Counted from the stretch's first letter, positions 19,489-31,566 are shown. The stretch: DNA of 64,000 nt from an uncultured Bacilli bacterium (GCA_964018915.1 CAXHRJ010000002.1:274155-338154), one strand, 5' to 3'. The notes: generated by a model from the letters alone, not told the origin. A program made the numbers and translations.

Positions 19489-20322
19489 ATGGCAATCAAA
19501 GCTTATAAGTCAACAACTAATGGTAGACGTGGTATGACTACTTTAGATAATAGTGAATTAACTAAAGTAAAACCAGAAAAATCATTGTTAGTGACATTAA
19601 AGAAAAATGGTGGTCGTAATAATCAAGGTAGAATTACTGTTAGACACCAAGGTGGTGGAGAAAAGAGAAAATACCGTATTATCGATTTTAGAAGAGATAA
19701 AGATGGTGTTAAAGGAACAGTTGCTTCTATCGAATACGATCCAAATAGAAGTTCTAATATTGCTCTTATCCATTATATAGATGGAGAAAAGAGATATATT
19801 ATTGCTCCAAAAGGTTTAAAAGTTGGAGATAAAATTGAAAGTGGAGAAAACGCTGATATTAAAGTTGGAAATTCTTTACCACTTGCTAATATTCCAGAAG
19901 GTACAGTTGTACACAATGTTGAATTAAAAGCAGGAAAAGGTGGGCAACTTGCTCGTTCAGCTGGTTCTAGTGTTCAAATCTTAGGACGTGAAGGAAGATA
20001 CACATTACTTCGTTTAACTTCTGGAGAAGTTCGTAAAGTATTAAGTACTTGTCGTGCTACTATCGGAGAAGTTGGAAATGAAGATCATGAATTAGTAAAT
20101 TTAGGAAAAGCTGGTCGTAAAAGACATATGGGTATTAGACCAACCGTTCGTGGTTCTGTTATGAACCCTAATGACCACCCACATGGTGGTGGTGAAGGTC
20201 GTGCTCCAGTAGGACGTACTGGTCCAGTTACCCCATGGGGTAAACCTGCACTTGGTTATAAAACTCGTAAAGGCAAAAAACAATCAGATGACTTAATAGT
20301 TCGTCGCCGTAAAGCAAAATAG
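19489..20322 (+). CDS. rplB: 50S ribosomal protein L2
   Basis: Conserved L2 (HPHGGGEGR). Confidence 0.95.
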   Translation: MAIKAYKSTTNGRRGMTTLDNSELTKVKPEKSLLVTLKKNGGRNNQGRITVRHQGGGEKRKYRIIDFRRDKDGVKGTVASIEYDPNRSSNIALIHYIDGEKRYIIAPKGLKVGDKIESGENADIKVGNSLPLANIPEGTVVHNVELKAGKGGQLARSAGSSVQILGREGRYTLLRLTSGEVRKVLSTCRATIGEVGNEDHELVNLGKAGRKRHMGIRPTVRGSVMNPNDHPHGGGEGRAPVGRTGPVTPWGKPALGYKTRKGKKQSDDLIVRRRKAK

Positions 20323-20338
20323 GGAAAGGATGGTTTAG

Positions 20339-20611
20339 ATGGCAAGAAGTCTTAAAAAGGGACCTTTCGTTGACGCTAGTTTAATGAATAAGGTTAAGAA
20401 AAATAATAGTGCTGAGAAAAAAGAAGTTATTAAAACTTGGTCACGCCGTTCAACAATATTCCCTGAATTTATTGGTAATACATTTGCTGTTCATAACGGA
20501 AAAGAATTTGTTCCAGTATATGTAACAGAAGATATGGTTGGTCATAAATTAGGTGAATTTGTTCCAACACGTAAATTCGGTGGTCATGGCGAAAACAAAA
20601 CAGATAAATAA
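20339..20611 (+). CDS. rpsS: 30S ribosomal protein S19
   Basis: [12 protein letters not shown]... Confidence 0.95.
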   Translation: MARSLKKGPFVDASLMNKVKKNNSAEKKEVIKTWSRRSTIFPEFIGNTFAVHNGKEFVPVYVTEDMVGHKLGEFVPTRKFGGHGENKTDK

Positions 20612-20636
20612 TTGAAGTTGAGGAAGGAGGACTAAA

Positions 20637-20972
20637 ATGGAAGCAAGAGCGATTGCAAAGGGAGTTAGAATCCCACCTCGTAAAGCCCGTTTAGTTATAG
20701 ATTTAATACGTGGTAAGAACGTAGTTGAAGCAGATAAAATTTTAAATAATTTAAATAAAGAAGCTGCAAGATTAATTCGTAAAGTCTTAACTTCAGCTGT
20801 AGCAAATGCAGAAAACAACATGGGTCTTAAAAAAGAAACATTAGTTGTAAAAGAAGCATTTGTTGACGAAGGTCAAACATTAAAGAGAATGAGATTTGGT
20901 TCACGTGGACACGTAGATCCAATTAAGAAAAGAACAAGCCACATTACTGTTGTAGTAAGTGAAAAAAACTAA
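20637..20972 (+). CDS. rplV: 50S ribosomal protein L22
   Basis: Conserved L22. Confidence 0.95.
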   Translation: MEARAIAKGVRIPPRKARLVIDLIRGKNVVEADKILNNLNKEAARLIRKVLTSAVANAENNMGLKKETLVVKEAFVDEGQTLKRMRFGSRGHVDPIKKRTSHITVVVSEKN

Positions 20973-20990
20973 AGTAAAGGAGGAACACTT

Positions 20991-21668
20991 GTGGGTCAAA
21001 AGGTTAGTCCTATAGGACTTAGAGTTGGTGTCAACAAAACTTGGGAATCTAATTGGTATGCAGATAATAAGAATTTTGCAAAATTCTTAGCTAACGATAA
21101 TAAGATTCGTAAGTATTTGGCTAAAAAGTTAAAAGATGCATCAGTTTCAAGCGTTCTTATTGAAAGAAACGATAAGAGAACCGAAGTTGTTATCAACACT
21201 GCAAAACCAGGTGTTGTAATTGGACACGGTGGAGATGAAATTGAAAAATTAAAAGCAGAATTATCTAAATTAGTTGATGAAAATGTTCAAATTTCTATTA
21301 AAGAAGTTAAGAACCCTGATTTAGATGCAGCATTAGTTGCAGAAAACATTGCTCGTCAAATCGAAGGACGTGTGTCTTTCAGAATTGCACAAAAAAGAGC
21401 AGTTAGAAATACTATGAAAGCAGGAGCGAAAGGAATTAAAACTGCCGTTTCTGGACGTTTAGGCGGAGCTGATATGGCACGTACTGAAGGTTATATCGAA
21501 GGAATTATTCCACTACATACTTTAAGAGCAGATATCGATTATGCTCATAAAGAAGCAGATACTGCTTATGGAAAAATTGGTGTTAAAGTATGGATTTGTA
21601 ATGGTGAAATACTTCCTGAAAAAAATAAGGGAGGTAATGTAGATGGCCGTAATACCAAAAAGAACTAA
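20991..21668 (+). CDS. rpsC: 30S ribosomal protein S3
   Basis: GTG start; KH domain and S3 C-terminus. Confidence 0.95.
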   Translation: MGQKVSPIGLRVGVNKTWESNWYADNKNFAKFLANDNKIRKYLAKKLKDASVSSVLIERNDKRTEVVINTAKPGVVIGHGGDEIEKLKAELSKLVDENVQISIKEVKNPDLDAALVAENIARQIEGRVSFRIAQKRAVRNTMKAGAKGIKTAVSGRLGGADMARTEGYIEGIIPLHTLRADIDYAHKEADTAYGKIGVKVWICNGEILPEKNKGGNVDGRNTKKN

Positions 21669-22071
21669 ATATCGTAATCCACATAGACTTCCTTATGATG
21701 GAAAAGCAAAAGGAAATACGGAATTACATTTCGGTGAATATGGATTAATGGCAATGGAAGGTGCTTGGATTACAGATAGACAAATCGAAGCAGCCAGAGT
21801 TGCTATGACACGTTACATGAAACGTGGAGGAAAAGTATGGATTAATATTTTCCCTCATTTATCATTAACAAAGAAACCACTAGAAACTCGTCAAGGAAAA
21901 GGTAAAGGTTCTCATGATGCATGGGTAGCAGTAGTAAAAGAAGGAAAGATTATGTTTGAAATTGCAGAAGTTTCAGAAGAAATAGCACGTGAAGCATTAC
22001 GTCTTGCTTCTCATAAACTTCCAATCAAATGTAAATTTGTAAAGAAAGAAAGCGGTGAAAGTAATGACTAA
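21643..22071 (+). CDS. rplP: 50S ribosomal protein L16
   Basis: [11 protein letters not shown]...; overlaps the rpsC 3' end. Confidence 0.95.
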   Translation: MAVIPKRTKYRNPHRLPYDGKAKGNTELHFGEYGLMAMEGAWITDRQIEAARVAMTRYMKRGGKVWINIFPHLSLTKKPLETRQGKGKGSHDAWVAVVKEGKIMFEIAEVSEEIAREALRLASHKLPIKCKFVKKESGESND

Positions 22072-22261
22072 TAAGGAAATCAGAGAATTATCAGATCAAG
22101 AAATACTTTCAAAGATTGAAGAATACAAAGAAGAATTATTTAACTTACGTTTTTCACAAGCAACTGGTTCATTAGAGAAACCTTCAAGAATCAGAGAATT
22201 AAGAAAGTTAGTTGCACGTATGAAAACAATTTTACGTGAAAGAGAACTATCTGAGAAATAA
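22064..22261 (+). CDS. rpmC: 50S ribosomal protein L29
   Basis: [14 protein letters not shown]...; ATG 22064 preferred over the GTG at 22055. Confidence 0.9.
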   Translation: MTNKEIRELSDQEILSKIEEYKEELFNLRFSQATGSLEKPSRIRELRKLVARMKTILRERELSEK

Positions 22262-22273
22262 TAGGAGGACAAT

Positions 22274-22534
22274 ATGGAAGAAAGAAATAAACGTGAATTA
22301 GTTGGAAAAGTAGTTAGCGATGTTAACGACAAGACTATTACTGTTTTAGTTGAAACATATAAAAATGATAAGTTGTATGGAAAAAGAGTTAAATCTTCTA
22401 AAAAATATACTGCACATGATGAAAAAAATGAAGCTAAGAAAGGCGATACTGTAAGAATCGCTGAGACGAGACCATTATCTAAAACAAAGCATTTCCGTTT
22501 AGTGGAAATAGTAGAAAAAGCAGTTATTCTATAA
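22274..22534 (+). CDS. rpsQ: 30S ribosomal protein S17
   Basis: Conserved S17. Confidence 0.95.
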   Translation: MEERNKRELVGKVVSDVNDKTITVLVETYKNDKLYGKRVKSSKKYTAHDEKNEAKKGDTVRIAETRPLSKTKHFRLVEIVEKAVIL

Positions 22535-22560
22535 TTGCATTGACGAAGGAGGATTAGATT

Positions 22561-22929
22561 ATGATTCAACAAGAAAGCCGTTTAAAAGTAGCAGACAACT
22601 CAGGTGCTAAAGAATTATCTGTAATTCGTGTACTTGGTGGGTCTAAAGTAAAAACTGGCAATATTGGAGATATAGTGGTTGCAACTGTTAAAAACGCAAC
22701 ACCTAACGGAACTGTTAAAAAAGGTAAAGTAGTTAAAGCAGTTATCGTTAGAAGCAAATTCGGTCTAAGAAGAGCTGATGGATCTTATATTAAATTTGAT
22801 GATAACGCAGCAGTTATTATTAAAGATGATAAGAGTCCAGTTGGAACTCGTGTATTTGGACCAGTAGCACGTGAATTACGTGACAAAGATTTTATGAGAA
22901 TTATATCACTTGCAAAAGAAGTGTTATAG
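22561..22929 (+). CDS. rplN: 50S ribosomal protein L14
   Basis: [17 protein letters not shown]... Confidence 0.95.
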   Translation: MIQQESRLKVADNSGAKELSVIRVLGGSKVKTGNIGDIVVATVKNATPNGTVKKGKVVKAVIVRSKFGLRRADGSYIKFDDNAAVIIKDDKSPVGTRVFGPVARELRDKDFMRIISLAKEVL

Positions 22930-22947
22930 GAGTTTGGAGGAATGAAA

Positions 22948-23256
22948 ATGAACTTTAAAACTGGAGATAAAGTAGTTGTCATTGCTGGTAAAGATAAAGG
23001 TAAAGAAGGAAAGATTTCACACGTTTTACGTGCTGAAAACAGAGTTGTTGTTGAGGGTGTTAATGTAGTTAAAAAACACATCAAAGCAAATGGTCAAACT
23101 GCTGGTAGCATCGTTGAAGTTGAAGCTCCAATTCATGCTTCAAACGTAATGATCGTTGATCCTAAAACCGGAAAAAGAACCAGAATAGGACATTCTACTG
23201 ATAAAAAGGGCAAGAAAATTAGAGTAGCAAAAAAATCTAATGAGAATCTTGATTAA
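22948..23256 (+). CDS. rplX: 50S ribosomal protein L24
   Basis: KOW motif ([16 protein letters not shown]); ATG 22948 has better SD spacing than 22942. Confidence 0.9.
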   Translation: MNFKTGDKVVVIAGKDKGKEGKISHVLRAENRVVVEGVNVVKKHIKANGQTAGSIVEVEAPIHASNVMIVDPKTGKRTRIGHSTDKKGKKIRVAKKSNENLD

Positions 23257-23273
23257 TTGGAAGGAGGGTATAT

Positions 23274-23813
23274 ATGAACCGCCTAAAGGAAAAATACAAT
23301 AAAGAGATTGTATCTAGTTTAATGGATAAATATAAATACAGTAATGTTATGGAAGTACCTAAGTTAGAGAAAATTGTAGTAAACATGGGTTGTGGAGATG
23401 CAACTACTAATTCAAAATTATTAGAAGCTGCCATGAAGGACTTAGAAATTATTACAGGTCAAAAACCAGTTGCTACAAAAGCAAAGAAGTCAATTGCGGG
23501 ATTTAAATTAAGAGAAGGTCAAGCAATTGGTTGCAAAGTTACACTACGTGGTGAGAATATGTATAACTTCTTAGATAAATTAATTAGTATTACATTACCA
23601 CGTGTAAGGGACTTTAGAGGTATATCTAATAAAGCATTTGATGGTAGAGGAAACTATACATTAGGTCTTACTGAGCAATTAATCTTCTCAGAAATTGAGT
23701 ATGATGATGTTGTAAAAGTACGTGGTATGGACATTGTTTTTGTAACAACTGCAAAGACAAATGATGAAGCATATGATCTATTAAAAGGTTTCGGTATGCC
23801 ATTTAAAAAATAG
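23274..23813 (+). CDS. rplE: 50S ribosomal protein L5
   Basis: Conserved L5. Confidence 0.95.
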   Translation: MNRLKEKYNKEIVSSLMDKYKYSNVMEVPKLEKIVVNMGCGDATTNSKLLEAAMKDLEIITGQKPVATKAKKSIAGFKLREGQAIGCKVTLRGENMYNFLDKLISITLPRVRDFRGISNKAFDGRGNYTLGLTEQLIFSEIEYDDVVKVRGMDIVFVTTAKTNDEAYDLLKGFGMPFKK

Positions 23814-23829
23814 GACTTAGGAGGAAATT

Positions 23830-24015
23830 ATGGCTAAGAAAAGTATGATTATAAAAGCTAGTCGTGATCCAAAATTCGAAGTACGTAGATATACACGTTG
23901 TTCTCGTTGTGGTAGACCACACGCAGTACTTAAAAAATACGGAATTTGTAGAATTTGTTTTCGTGAACTAGCATATAAAGGACAAATCCCAGGAATGAAA
24001 AAATCTAGTTGGTAG
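23830..24015 (+). CDS. rpsN: 30S ribosomal protein S14, type Z (zinc-binding, 61 aa)
   Basis: CxxC...CxxC ([23 protein letters not shown]). Confidence 0.95.
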   Translation: MAKKSMIIKASRDPKFEVRRYTRCSRCGRPHAVLKKYGICRICFRELAYKGQIPGMKKSSW

Positions 24016-24029
24016 AAGGAGGGAAGTAT

Positions 24030-24425
24030 ATGGTAACAGATCCAATCGCAGATATGCTTACGAGAATTCGTAACGCAAATCAAATGCGTAATAAGGAAGT
24101 AGAAATGCCTGCTTCAAAGATAAAAGTTGAAATAGCTAGAATATTAAAAGAAGAAGGTTTTATTGTTGACTATAAAACAAAAAAGAATAATATTCAAGAT
24201 GTCCTTGTTTTATCTTTAAAATATAGTGAAAACAAGGAGCGTGTAATTACTGGATTAAAGAGAATTTCTAAACCAGGATTACGTGCATATGTAAAAGCTG
24301 AAGATGTACCAAGAGTATTAAATGGTTTAGGTATCGCTATTATATCTACCTCAAAAGGTGTTATGACAGATAAGATGGCTAGACAACAATCACTTGGTGG
24401 CGAAGTTTTAGCTTACGTTTGGTAG
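24030..24425 (+). CDS. rpsH: 30S ribosomal protein S8
   Basis: [16 protein letters not shown]...; GGAGGG RBS before ATG 24030. Confidence 0.95.
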   Translation: MVTDPIADMLTRIRNANQMRNKEVEMPASKIKVEIARILKEEGFIVDYKTKKNNIQDVLVLSLKYSENKERVITGLKRISKPGLRAYVKAEDVPRVLNGLGIAIISTSKGVMTDKMARQQSLGGEVLAYVW

Positions 24426-24438
24426 AAAGGATGATTTT

Positions 24439-24972
24439 ATGAGTCGTGTTGGAAATAGAATAATAACAATCCCAGCCGGTGTAACAGTATCTGTTGATGG
24501 AAATAATGTTACAGTAAAAGGTCCAAAAGGAGAACTTTCTACTAAGATTAATGAACATATTCATGTTGAAATCGCAGATTCTGAGTTAACAGTAACTAGA
24601 GATAATGATAATTATAAAAAATACCATGGAACAGCTAATGCTAATATCAATAACATGATTATTGGTGTTACTGAAGGTTTCGAAAAGAAATTAGAATGTG
24701 TTGGAGTTGGATACCGTTTCCAATTAAAAGGAAAAGAATTGGTAATCACTGCTGGGCATTCACACCCATGGACACCAGAAATTCCAGAAGGAATTACTAT
24801 AGAAGTACCAAGTAATACAGAGTTATTAATTAAAGGTATTGATAAACAATTAGTTGGAGAATTCGCAGCTGATATCAGAAAGATTAGAAAGCCAGAACCT
24901 TATAAAGGAAAAGGTATTCGTTATGCTGACGAAACTGTTCAACGTAAAGAAGGAAAGAAAGCTTCTAAATAA
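24439..24972 (+). CDS. rplF: 50S ribosomal protein L6
   Basis: Conserved L6. Confidence 0.95.
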   Translation: MSRVGNRIITIPAGVTVSVDGNNVTVKGPKGELSTKINEHIHVEIADSELTVTRDNDNYKKYHGTANANINNMIIGVTEGFEKKLECVGVGYRFQLKGKELVITAGHSHPWTPEIPEGITIEVPSNTELLIKGIDKQLVGEFAADIRKIRKPEPYKGKGIRYADETVQRKEGKKASK

Positions 24973-24990
24973 TAGTAAAGGAGAGAAACT

Positions 24991-25353
24991 ATGATAAAAA
25001 AAGTAGCTCGTAATGAAGCACGTCAAGCAAGACACACTCGTGTTAGAGCAAAAGTATCAGGTACAGCTAGTGTACCTAGATTAAATGTTTTTAGATCAAA
25101 TAGTAATATTTTTGCACAAATAATTGATGATGAAAAAGCCGTTACTTTAGTTAGTGCCTCTTCTATCGATAAAGAGTTAAAGCTTGAAAATGGTAGTAAC
25201 GTTGAAGCAGCAACTAAAGTAGGAGAGTTATTGGCTAAGAGAGCAAAAGAAGCAAAAATAACAAAAGTAGTTTTTGATAGAGGTGGATACCTATATCATG
25301 GACGTGTAAAAGCACTAGCAGATGCAGCACGTGAAAACGGATTAGAATTCTAA
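24991..25353 (+). CDS. rplR: 50S ribosomal protein L18
   Basis: Conserved L18. Confidence 0.95.
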   Translation: MIKKVARNEARQARHTRVRAKVSGTASVPRLNVFRSNSNIFAQIIDDEKAVTLVSASSIDKELKLENGSNVEAATKVGELLAKRAKEAKITKVVFDRGGYLYHGRVKALADAARENGLEF

Positions 25354-25363
25354 AAGGAGGGTA

Positions 25364-25981
25364 ATGATGGAAGAGAAAATCGAAAAAGTAGAAGCAGTTG
25401 AAACTGAAGAAAATACAAATACTGAAAAAACTTCAAGACCTGCGAAAAGAGAACCTCGTAATAGAGGAGAAAAACGTCAAAGAGATTCAAGACAAAGACA
25501 ACCAAAACTTTATGAAGAAGCTACCATTGCTATCGGCCGTGTTACAAAAGTAACAAAAGGTGGACGCCATTTCCGTTTCTCAGCTGTTGTAGTAGTTGGA
25601 GATAGAAAGGGTAAAGTAGGTTTAGGAACTGGTAAAGCAAATGAAGTACCAGATGCTATTAAGAAAGCTAAAGAAGCTGCTGTTAAAAATATCGTTAGCG
25701 TTTCTTTAGTTGATAACCGTACTATCCCACATGAAGCAATTGGTGTTTGTAGCGCTAGTAAAGTTATGTTAAAACCAGCTGCTAAAGGTACTGGAATTAA
25801 AGCCGGTGGTGCTGTTCGTAAAGTACTTGAAATGGCAGGAGTTAAAGACATTTTATCTAAATCACAAGGATCTAAAACAAAGATTAATACTGCATATGCA
25901 ACTTTAAGAGCATTACAGTCACAAAAAAGCGTAGAGGAAGTAGCACGTCTACGTGGAAAGAAAGTAGAGGACTTGATATAA
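25364..25981 (+). CDS. rpsE: 30S ribosomal protein S5 with a Lys/Arg/Glu-rich N-terminal extension of about 45 aa
   Basis: S5 core ([14 protein letters not shown]) preceded by a charged extension. Confidence 0.95.
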   Translation: MMEEKIEKVEAVETEENTNTEKTSRPAKREPRNRGEKRQRDSRQRQPKLYEEATIAIGRVTKVTKGGRHFRFSAVVVVGDRKGKVGLGTGKANEVPDAIKKAKEAAVKNIVSVSLVDNRTIPHEAIGVCSASKVMLKPAAKGTGIKAGGAVRKVLEMAGVKDILSKSQGSKTKINTAYATLRALQSQKSVEEVARLRGKKVEDLI

Positions 25982-25982
25982 T

Positions 25983-26426
25983 ATGAAATTACATACATTA
26001 TATCAGCCAGAAGGCGCTGTTAAAGAAAGAAAAAGAGTCGGACGTGGAGTTGCTACAGGAAACGGTAAGACTGCAGGAAAAGGACATAAAGGTCAAAATG
26101 CAAGAAGTGGTGGAGGAGTAAGACCTGGATTTGAAGGTGGACAATTACCTTTATTCAGACGTTTACCAAAGAGAGGATTCTCTAATGCACCATTCAAAAT
26201 TGAATATGCAACAATTAATGTTAGTGATTTAGACAAATTTGAAGATGGAGCAGTTGTTACTCCAGAATTATTAAAAGAAATGGGAATTTTGAAACAACAA
26301 TTAGATGGTGTTAAAGTATTAGGTAATGGAGAATTAACTAAGAAAATCACTGTTAAAGCTAATAGATTCTCAAAGACTGCTGTTGAAAAAATAGAGAAAA
26401 TAGGTGGAAAAGCAGAGGTGATTTAA
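25983..26426 (+). CDS. rplO: 50S ribosomal protein L15
   Basis: Conserved L15. It starts 2 nt after the rpsE stop, leaving no room for rpmD (L30). Confidence 0.95.
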   Translation: MKLHTLYQPEGAVKERKRVGRGVATGNGKTAGKGHKGQNARSGGGVRPGFEGGQLPLFRRLPKRGFSNAPFKIEYATINVSDLDKFEDGAVVTPELLKEMGILKQQLDGVKVLGNGELTKKITVKANRFSKTAVEKIEKIGGKAEVI

Positions 26427-26427
26427 T

Positions 26428-27687
26428 ATGTTTGCAACAGTTAAGCAAATATTTAATCCAAAGAATAGAGATATTCAAAAGAAAATCCTATTTACGTTTG
26501 CTGCCCTATTTATCTTTAAACTAGGAACTATTATTCAAGTACCAGGAGTAAATCTTGATACAAAAGGATTAGGTTTTCTAGAAATTGTAAATGCAATGAG
26601 TGGGGGGGCATTTGAGAAAGCCTCAATATTTGCACTAGGTGTAATGCCATATATTACTGCCTCAATTGCTATTCAATTGTTATCTATGGATATTATTCCA
26701 TATTTATCAGAACTTAGTAAGCAAGGTGGAGTTGGTAGAAATAAACTAAACCAAATAACGAGGATTGTAGGTATTGTACTTGCCTTTGTACAAGGTTATA
26801 TGTATTCATTCGCTTATATTAAGAATGGAGCAGCTATGGATTATATGTTATATTCCTTAGTATTAACAGCTGGTACAGCATTACTATTATGGATTGGTGA
26901 CCAAATTACTCAAAAGGGTATTGGAAACGGAACATCTATGATAATTATGGCAGGTATTATTACAACATTACCAACAATGTTCTCTAGTCTATGGACAGAG
27001 TTAATTACAAATGGTAATGGATTTATGGGAATATTAACATTTATCTTATTTGTTGTAGTATTCTTAGGAATTATTATTGGTGTTATTTTTGAGGAGTGCG
27101 CTGAGCGTAGAATTCCAATTCAATATGCTAATAAGTCAACAAGTATGTTAGGAAAACAAAATTATATTCCATTTAAATTAAATAGTGCTGGTGTAATGCC
27201 TGTTATCTTTGCATCAGCTATCATATCTATTCCACAGATAATCGCATCTTTTGTAAAGAACGCTGATTTTTCATTATTTATTACAAAGTATTTAAATTAT
27301 GAAACTTTAACAGGATTTGCATTATATGTAGTTTTAATTATCATATTTGCTTATATTTATACATTTATGCAATTAAAACCAAGTGAATTATCTGATAATT
27401 TAAATAAAAGTGGAGGATATATTCCAGGGGTAAGACCTGGTAAAGAAACAGAACAATACATTAAAAAGGTATTGAAAAGAATAACAATTGTTGGTGCTTG
27501 CTTTTTAGCACTACTTGCTTCACTTCCAATTCTATTTAGTAAGTTCTCAACATTACAAACAAGTATTACATTAAGTGGTACAGGGCTATTAATTGTAGTT
27601 GGAGTTGCACTTGAAACTTACAAACAATTAGAAAGTCAATTGGTTAGTAGAACCTATACAAAAGGAAGAAAAGGGAGAAGAAGATAA
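26428..27687 (+). CDS. secY: Preprotein translocase subunit SecY
   Basis: 10-TM SecY; operon position. Confidence 0.95.
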   Translation: MFATVKQIFNPKNRDIQKKILFTFAALFIFKLGTIIQVPGVNLDTKGLGFLEIVNAMSGGAFEKASIFALGVMPYITASIAIQLLSMDIIPYLSELSKQGGVGRNKLNQITRIVGIVLAFVQGYMYSFAYIKNGAAMDYMLYSLVLTAGTALLLWIGDQITQKGIGNGTSMIIMAGIITTLPTMFSSLWTELITNGNGFMGILTFILFVVVFLGIIIGVIFEECAERRIPIQYANKSTSMLGKQNYIPFKLNSAGVMPVIFASAIISIPQIIASFVKNADFSLFITKYLNYETLTGFALYVVLIIIFAYIYTFMQLKPSELSDNLNKSGGYIPGVRPGKETEQYIKKVLKRITIVGACFLALLASLPILFSKFSTLQTSITLSGTGLLIVVGVALETYKQLESQLVSRTYTKGRKGRRR

Positions 27688-28340
27688 TGAAGAGTATAAT
27701 ATTTATTGCGCCACCAGCAGCTGGCAAAGGAACACATTCAACTTTAGTTGAAGAGAAGTATGGAATTCCTCATATTTCTACAGGAGATTTACTTAGAAGC
27801 GCAAAGAATGCTAACGATGATCGTGCAAAATTGATTTCAGATTTAATTGAACAAGGACGTCTTGTTCCAGATGAAATAGTTTTAGAGTTATTGAAAGAGA
27901 GATTAGCTCAAGAGGATTGTAAAAATGGTTACATTTTAGATGGGTTTCCAAGAAATGTATCACAAGCAGATGCTTATGAGAGGATTCTTTCAGAAATCGG
28001 TATGCCTCTTGGAAATGTTATACTATTAGAGCTTGACAAAGAAATTGCAAAGAAAAGAATTACTGGACGTTTAACTTGTCCAAAGTGTAATGCAATTTAC
28101 AATAGTGAGGCAGAAGAGTTGAAGCCAAAAGTAGATGGTTATTGTGATAATTGCCATGTAGAATTACAACATCGCTCTGATGATAATGCAGAAACTTATG
28201 ATGTAAGATATGATACTTACATGAAAGAGACTGCTCCTTTAATCGATTATTATGATGCAAAAGGTGTATTATTTAGAATCGATAGTAGTGTAGGAAAAGT
28301 TCTTACATTTAAGGAAATTGAGAAAATCATAGGGGAATAA
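27687..28340 (+). CDS. adk: Adenylate kinase (zinc-lid type)
   Basis: P-loop GPPAAGKGT; lid CPKC...CDNC. Confidence 0.95.
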   Translation: MKSIIFIAPPAAGKGTHSTLVEEKYGIPHISTGDLLRSAKNANDDRAKLISDLIEQGRLVPDEIVLELLKERLAQEDCKNGYILDGFPRNVSQADAYERILSEIGMPLGNVILLELDKEIAKKRITGRLTCPKCNAIYNSEAEELKPKVDGYCDNCHVELQHRSDDNAETYDVRYDTYMKETAPLIDYYDAKGVLFRIDSSVGKVLTFKEIEKIIGE

Positions 28341-28342
28341 TC

Positions 28343-29089
28343 GTGATTAGTATAAAAACTGAACGTGAGATTGAACTTTTAAAAATAGCTGGAGAAATAG
28401 TAGGGGATACACATAAACATTTGATTCCCTACTTGAAACCTGGCATAACAACAAAAGAGATTGATACATTGGCTAGAGACTACATTATTAGTAGGGACGC
28501 AACTCCATCTTGCTATCATTACGATGGATATCCTGCCAACATCTGTATTTCTATTAATGAAGAAGTTGTGCATGGAATTGCTAGTAATCGAAAATTAAAA
28601 GATGGCGATATTGTCACACTCGATATCTGTGCTTGTTATAAAGGATATCATGGTGACTCTGCTTGGAGTTATGCAGTCGGCAATGTTAGTGAGGAAAAAA
28701 AATATCTTCTAGAACATACTGAAAAGGCTTTATATAAAGGTTTAGAAGTAATTAAAGAAGGTACCCATGTAGGGGACATCGGTTATGCAGTAGAGACTTA
28801 CGCTTTGGAACACAACTTAGGGGTTGTAAAAGAGCTGGTTGGGCATGGAGTTGGAAACGAGTTACATGAAGATCCAGAGGTTCCAAATTATGGTCATAAG
28901 AATACTGGCCCAGTATTAAAAGAAGGAATGGTAATTGCAGTAGAGCCTATGCTTAATTTGGGTACTGCAGACGTATACTTATTAGATGATGATTGGACAG
29001 TAGTTACTGCTGATGGGGAACCATCTGCTCACTTTGAACATACAGTATTAATCACAAAAGAAGGATATACGATATTGACGAAGAGGTGA
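28343..29089 (+). CDS. map: Methionine aminopeptidase type I
   Basis: GTG start; MAP metal-binding residues. Confidence 0.9.
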   Translation: MISIKTEREIELLKIAGEIVGDTHKHLIPYLKPGITTKEIDTLARDYIISRDATPSCYHYDGYPANICISINEEVVHGIASNRKLKDGDIVTLDICACYKGYHGDSAWSYAVGNVSEEKKYLLEHTEKALYKGLEVIKEGTHVGDIGYAVETYALEHNLGVVKELVGHGVGNELHEDPEVPNYGHKNTGPVLKEGMVIAVEPMLNLGTADVYLLDDDWTVVTADGEPSAHFEHTVLITKEGYTILTKR

Positions 29090-29093
29090 TAAA

Positions 29094-29309
29094 ATGGCGA
29101 AGCAAGATGTTATCGAAATGGAAGGTAAAGTGTTAGAAGTTTTACCTGGCTACAATTTTAAAGTAGAATTAACGAATAAACATGTTATTACGGCACATGT
29201 ATCAGGTAAAATGCGAATGAACATGATTCGTATTTTAGCTGGAGATACAGTAACGGTTGAACTTTCAACCTACGATTTATCACATGGTCGTATAATTTAT
29301 CGAAAGTAG
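29094..29309 (+). CDS. infA: Translation initiation factor IF-1
   Basis: [13 protein letters not shown]... Confidence 0.95.
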   Translation: MAKQDVIEMEGKVLEVLPGYNFKVELTNKHVITAHVSGKMRMNMIRILAGDTVTVELSTYDLSHGRIIYRK

Positions 29310-29319
29310 GAGGGATTAT

Positions 29320-29433
29320 ATGAAAGTTAGAGCATCAGTAAAACCAATGTGTGAAAAATGTAAAGTTATTAAACGTAAGGGTCGTGTTATGGTAGTTTGT
29401 ACAAACCCAAAACATAAACAAAGACAAGGTTAA
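29320..29433 (+). CDS. rpmJ: 50S ribosomal protein L36 (37 aa; absent from the ORF track)
   Basis: [37 protein letters not shown]; GGAGGG RBS. Confidence 0.9.
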   Translation: MKVRASVKPMCEKCKVIKRKGRVMVVCTNPKHKQRQG

Positions 29434-29448
29434 TATAGGAGGTGTTTT

Positions 29449-29814
29449 ATGGCACGTATTAAAGGTGTAGATATACCAAATAATAAGAGAATCGAAATCG
29501 CATTAACTTACATCTATGGGATTGGTAGAAGTTTATCAAACCAAATCTTAAAAGATGCTAAAGTTGATATTAATAAAAGAGCTGGAGAATTATCTCTAGA
29601 TGAATTAAATGCTATTCGTGACGAAGTTAATAAATATACTACTGAAGGTGATTTACGTCGTGAAGTTAATATGAATATTAAAACTAAGATGGAAATCAAT
29701 TCTTACCAAGGAACTCGTCATAAAAGAGGTTTACCAGTAAGAGGACAAAGAACAAATAGAAATGCTCGTACTCGTAAAGGTAAAGGAAAAGTAGTTGCTA
29801 ATAAGAAGAAATAG
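29449..29814 (+). CDS. rpsM: 30S ribosomal protein S13
   Basis: [10 protein letters not shown]... Confidence 0.95.
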   Translation: MARIKGVDIPNNKRIEIALTYIYGIGRSLSNQILKDAKVDINKRAGELSLDELNAIRDEVNKYTTEGDLRREVNMNIKTKMEINSYQGTRHKRGLPVRGQRTNRNARTRKGKGKVVANKKK

Positions 29815-29838
29815 TGGTAACTAAAAGGAGGTTATAAA

Positions 29839-30222
29839 ATGGCGTATAAAGCAAGAAAAAGAAAAGTTAAAAAGTCTGTACCAGAAGGTAGAGCTTATAT
29901 CCATTCAACATTCAACAATACAATTGTAACCATCACTGATAATGAAGGTAATGCAATTAGTTGGGCTTCTGCAGGAACTTTAGGATTTAAAGGATCTAAG
30001 AAGTCAACTCCATTCGCTGCTGGTATGTCAGCTGAAGCAACTGGTAAAGCAGCTTATGATATGGGAATGAGAAAAGTTGAAGTATTTGTTAAAGGGTTAG
30101 GATCAGGAAGAGAAACAGCAATTCGTTCACTTCAAACAGCAGGGTTAGAGATTACATCTATAACTGATGTTACACCTATACCACATAACGGATGTCGTCC
30201 ACCAAAACGTCCACGTGGATAA
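29839..30222 (+). CDS. rpsK: 30S ribosomal protein S11
   Basis: Conserved S11. Confidence 0.95.
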   Translation: MAYKARKRKVKKSVPEGRAYIHSTFNNTIVTITDNEGNAISWASAGTLGFKGSKKSTPFAAGMSAEATGKAAYDMGMRKVEVFVKGLGSGRETAIRSLQTAGLEITSITDVTPIPHNGCRPPKRPRG

Positions 30223-30242
30223 TAAAGAAAAGGAGTGGGGAA

Positions 30243-31193
30243 ATGTTAAATTTTGAGAAACCAACATATAAAATTACTGAGTATGTTGAAAACAAAAATT
30301 ATGGTAAATTTGAATTAGAACCTTTAGAGAGAGGTTTTGGAACAACTTTAGGTAATGCTCTTAGAAGAATTATGCTATCTAGCATGCCTGGAAGTGCTAT
30401 TGTAGCTGTTAAAATTGATGGCGTAATGCATGAGTTCCAAACAATAGATGGAATCGTAGAAGATGTTACTACAATTATTTTAAATTTAAAAAATGTTGTT
30501 GTAAAAAATAATTCATCAGAAGTACAAATCATTAAATTATTCTCAGATAAAGAGGGTACAGTAACTGCTGCTGATATTGAAACAAATAGTGATGTAGAAG
30601 TTATTTCTAAAGATCAAGAAATTGCAACTATTGCAAAAGGTGGTAAACTTGATATGGAATTAATGATTGCTAATGGAAGAGGATATGTTCCATCAACTGA
30701 TAACAAATCATTTGTTGATAATGAGAAAAAAGGTTTTATTCCAATTGATGCGCTTTACTCACCTATTGAAAGAGTTAGTTATGAAACAGAGAGTGCTCGT
30801 GTAGGACAAGATGCTAACTATGATAAATTAATCATGGAAGTATTTACAAATGGTTCTATTCGTCCTGAAGAGGCAATGGCACTTGCTGCTAAAATCATGA
30901 TTGAACATTTAAACATCGTCACTAATTTAAGTGAAATTGCAGATATTACAGGAATCATGAATGCTAAACAAGAAGATAGCAAATTAAAGAAATTAGAAAC
31001 ATCAATCGATGATTTAGATTTCTCTGTAAGAGCTTACAATTGCTTAAAAAGAGCTGGAGTTAATACATTAGGAGATTTAACTTCTAAATCAGAATTAGAA
31101 ATGATGAAAATTCGTAATCTAGGTAAAAAGTCTTTAAAAGAAGTAATCGATAAGATTAAAGAAATGGGACTTAAATTCCGTGAAGACGATTAG
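30243..31193 (+). CDS. rpoA: DNA-directed RNA polymerase subunit alpha
   Basis: MLNFEKPTYKI... NTD, and CTD (LDFSVRAYNCLKRAG). ATG 30243 follows an AAAGGAGTGGGG RBS; the track's upstream extension is unlikely. Confidence 0.95.
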   Translation: MLNFEKPTYKITEYVENKNYGKFELEPLERGFGTTLGNALRRIMLSSMPGSAIVAVKIDGVMHEFQTIDGIVEDVTTIILNLKNVVVKNNSSEVQIIKLFSDKEGTVTAADIETNSDVEVISKDQEIATIAKGGKLDMELMIANGRGYVPSTDNKSFVDNEKKGFIPIDALYSPIERVSYETESARVGQDANYDKLIMEVFTNGSIRPEEAMALAAKIMIEHLNIVTNLSEIADITGIMNAKQEDSKLKKLETSIDDLDFSVRAYNCLKRAGVNTLGDLTSKSELEMMKIRNLGKKSLKEVIDKIKEMGLKFREDD

Positions 31194-31209
31194 TAGTTAG
31201 GAGGATATT

Positions 31210-31566
31210 ATGGCTTATAGAAAATTAGGACGTACAAATAAACACAGAAGAAGTATGCTTGCTAACCTAACTAGAGACGTTATCATGAAAGAAAGAATCG
31301 AGACAACAGAAACAAGAGCTAAAGAAGTTCGTAAGTTTGTTGATAAGATGATTACTTATGGTAAAGATGGTTCTTTAGTAGCAAGAAGAAAAGCATTAGC
31401 TTTCTTACATAATGATACAGAGGCTGTTAAGAAAGTATTTGATGATTTAGCACCACGTTTTGCAAAACGTAATGGTGGATATACAAGAATTTTAAAATTA
31501 ACTGAACGTCGCGGAGATGACGCTTTAGAGGTTATTTTAGAGTTAGTAGAAGGAGATGCTGCATAA
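31210..31566 (+). CDS. rplQ: 50S ribosomal protein L17
   Basis: [14 protein letters not shown]... Confidence 0.95.
   Translation: MAYRKLGRTNKHRRSMLANLTRDVIMKERIETTETRAKEVRKFVDKMITYGKDGSLVARRKALAFLHNDTEAVKKVFDDLAPRFAKRNGGYTRILKLTERRGDDALEVILELVEGDAA

Noticed and set aside
22096-22572. 158-aa minus-strand ORF antisense to rpmC/rpsQ/rplN, plus similar antisense ORFs at 25510..25998, 20549..20821, 26093..26350 and 14016..14372
   Set aside because: They lie entirely inside highly conserved ribosomal or gpsA genes on the opposite strand, have low-complexity composition and no start signals. They are shadow ORFs.
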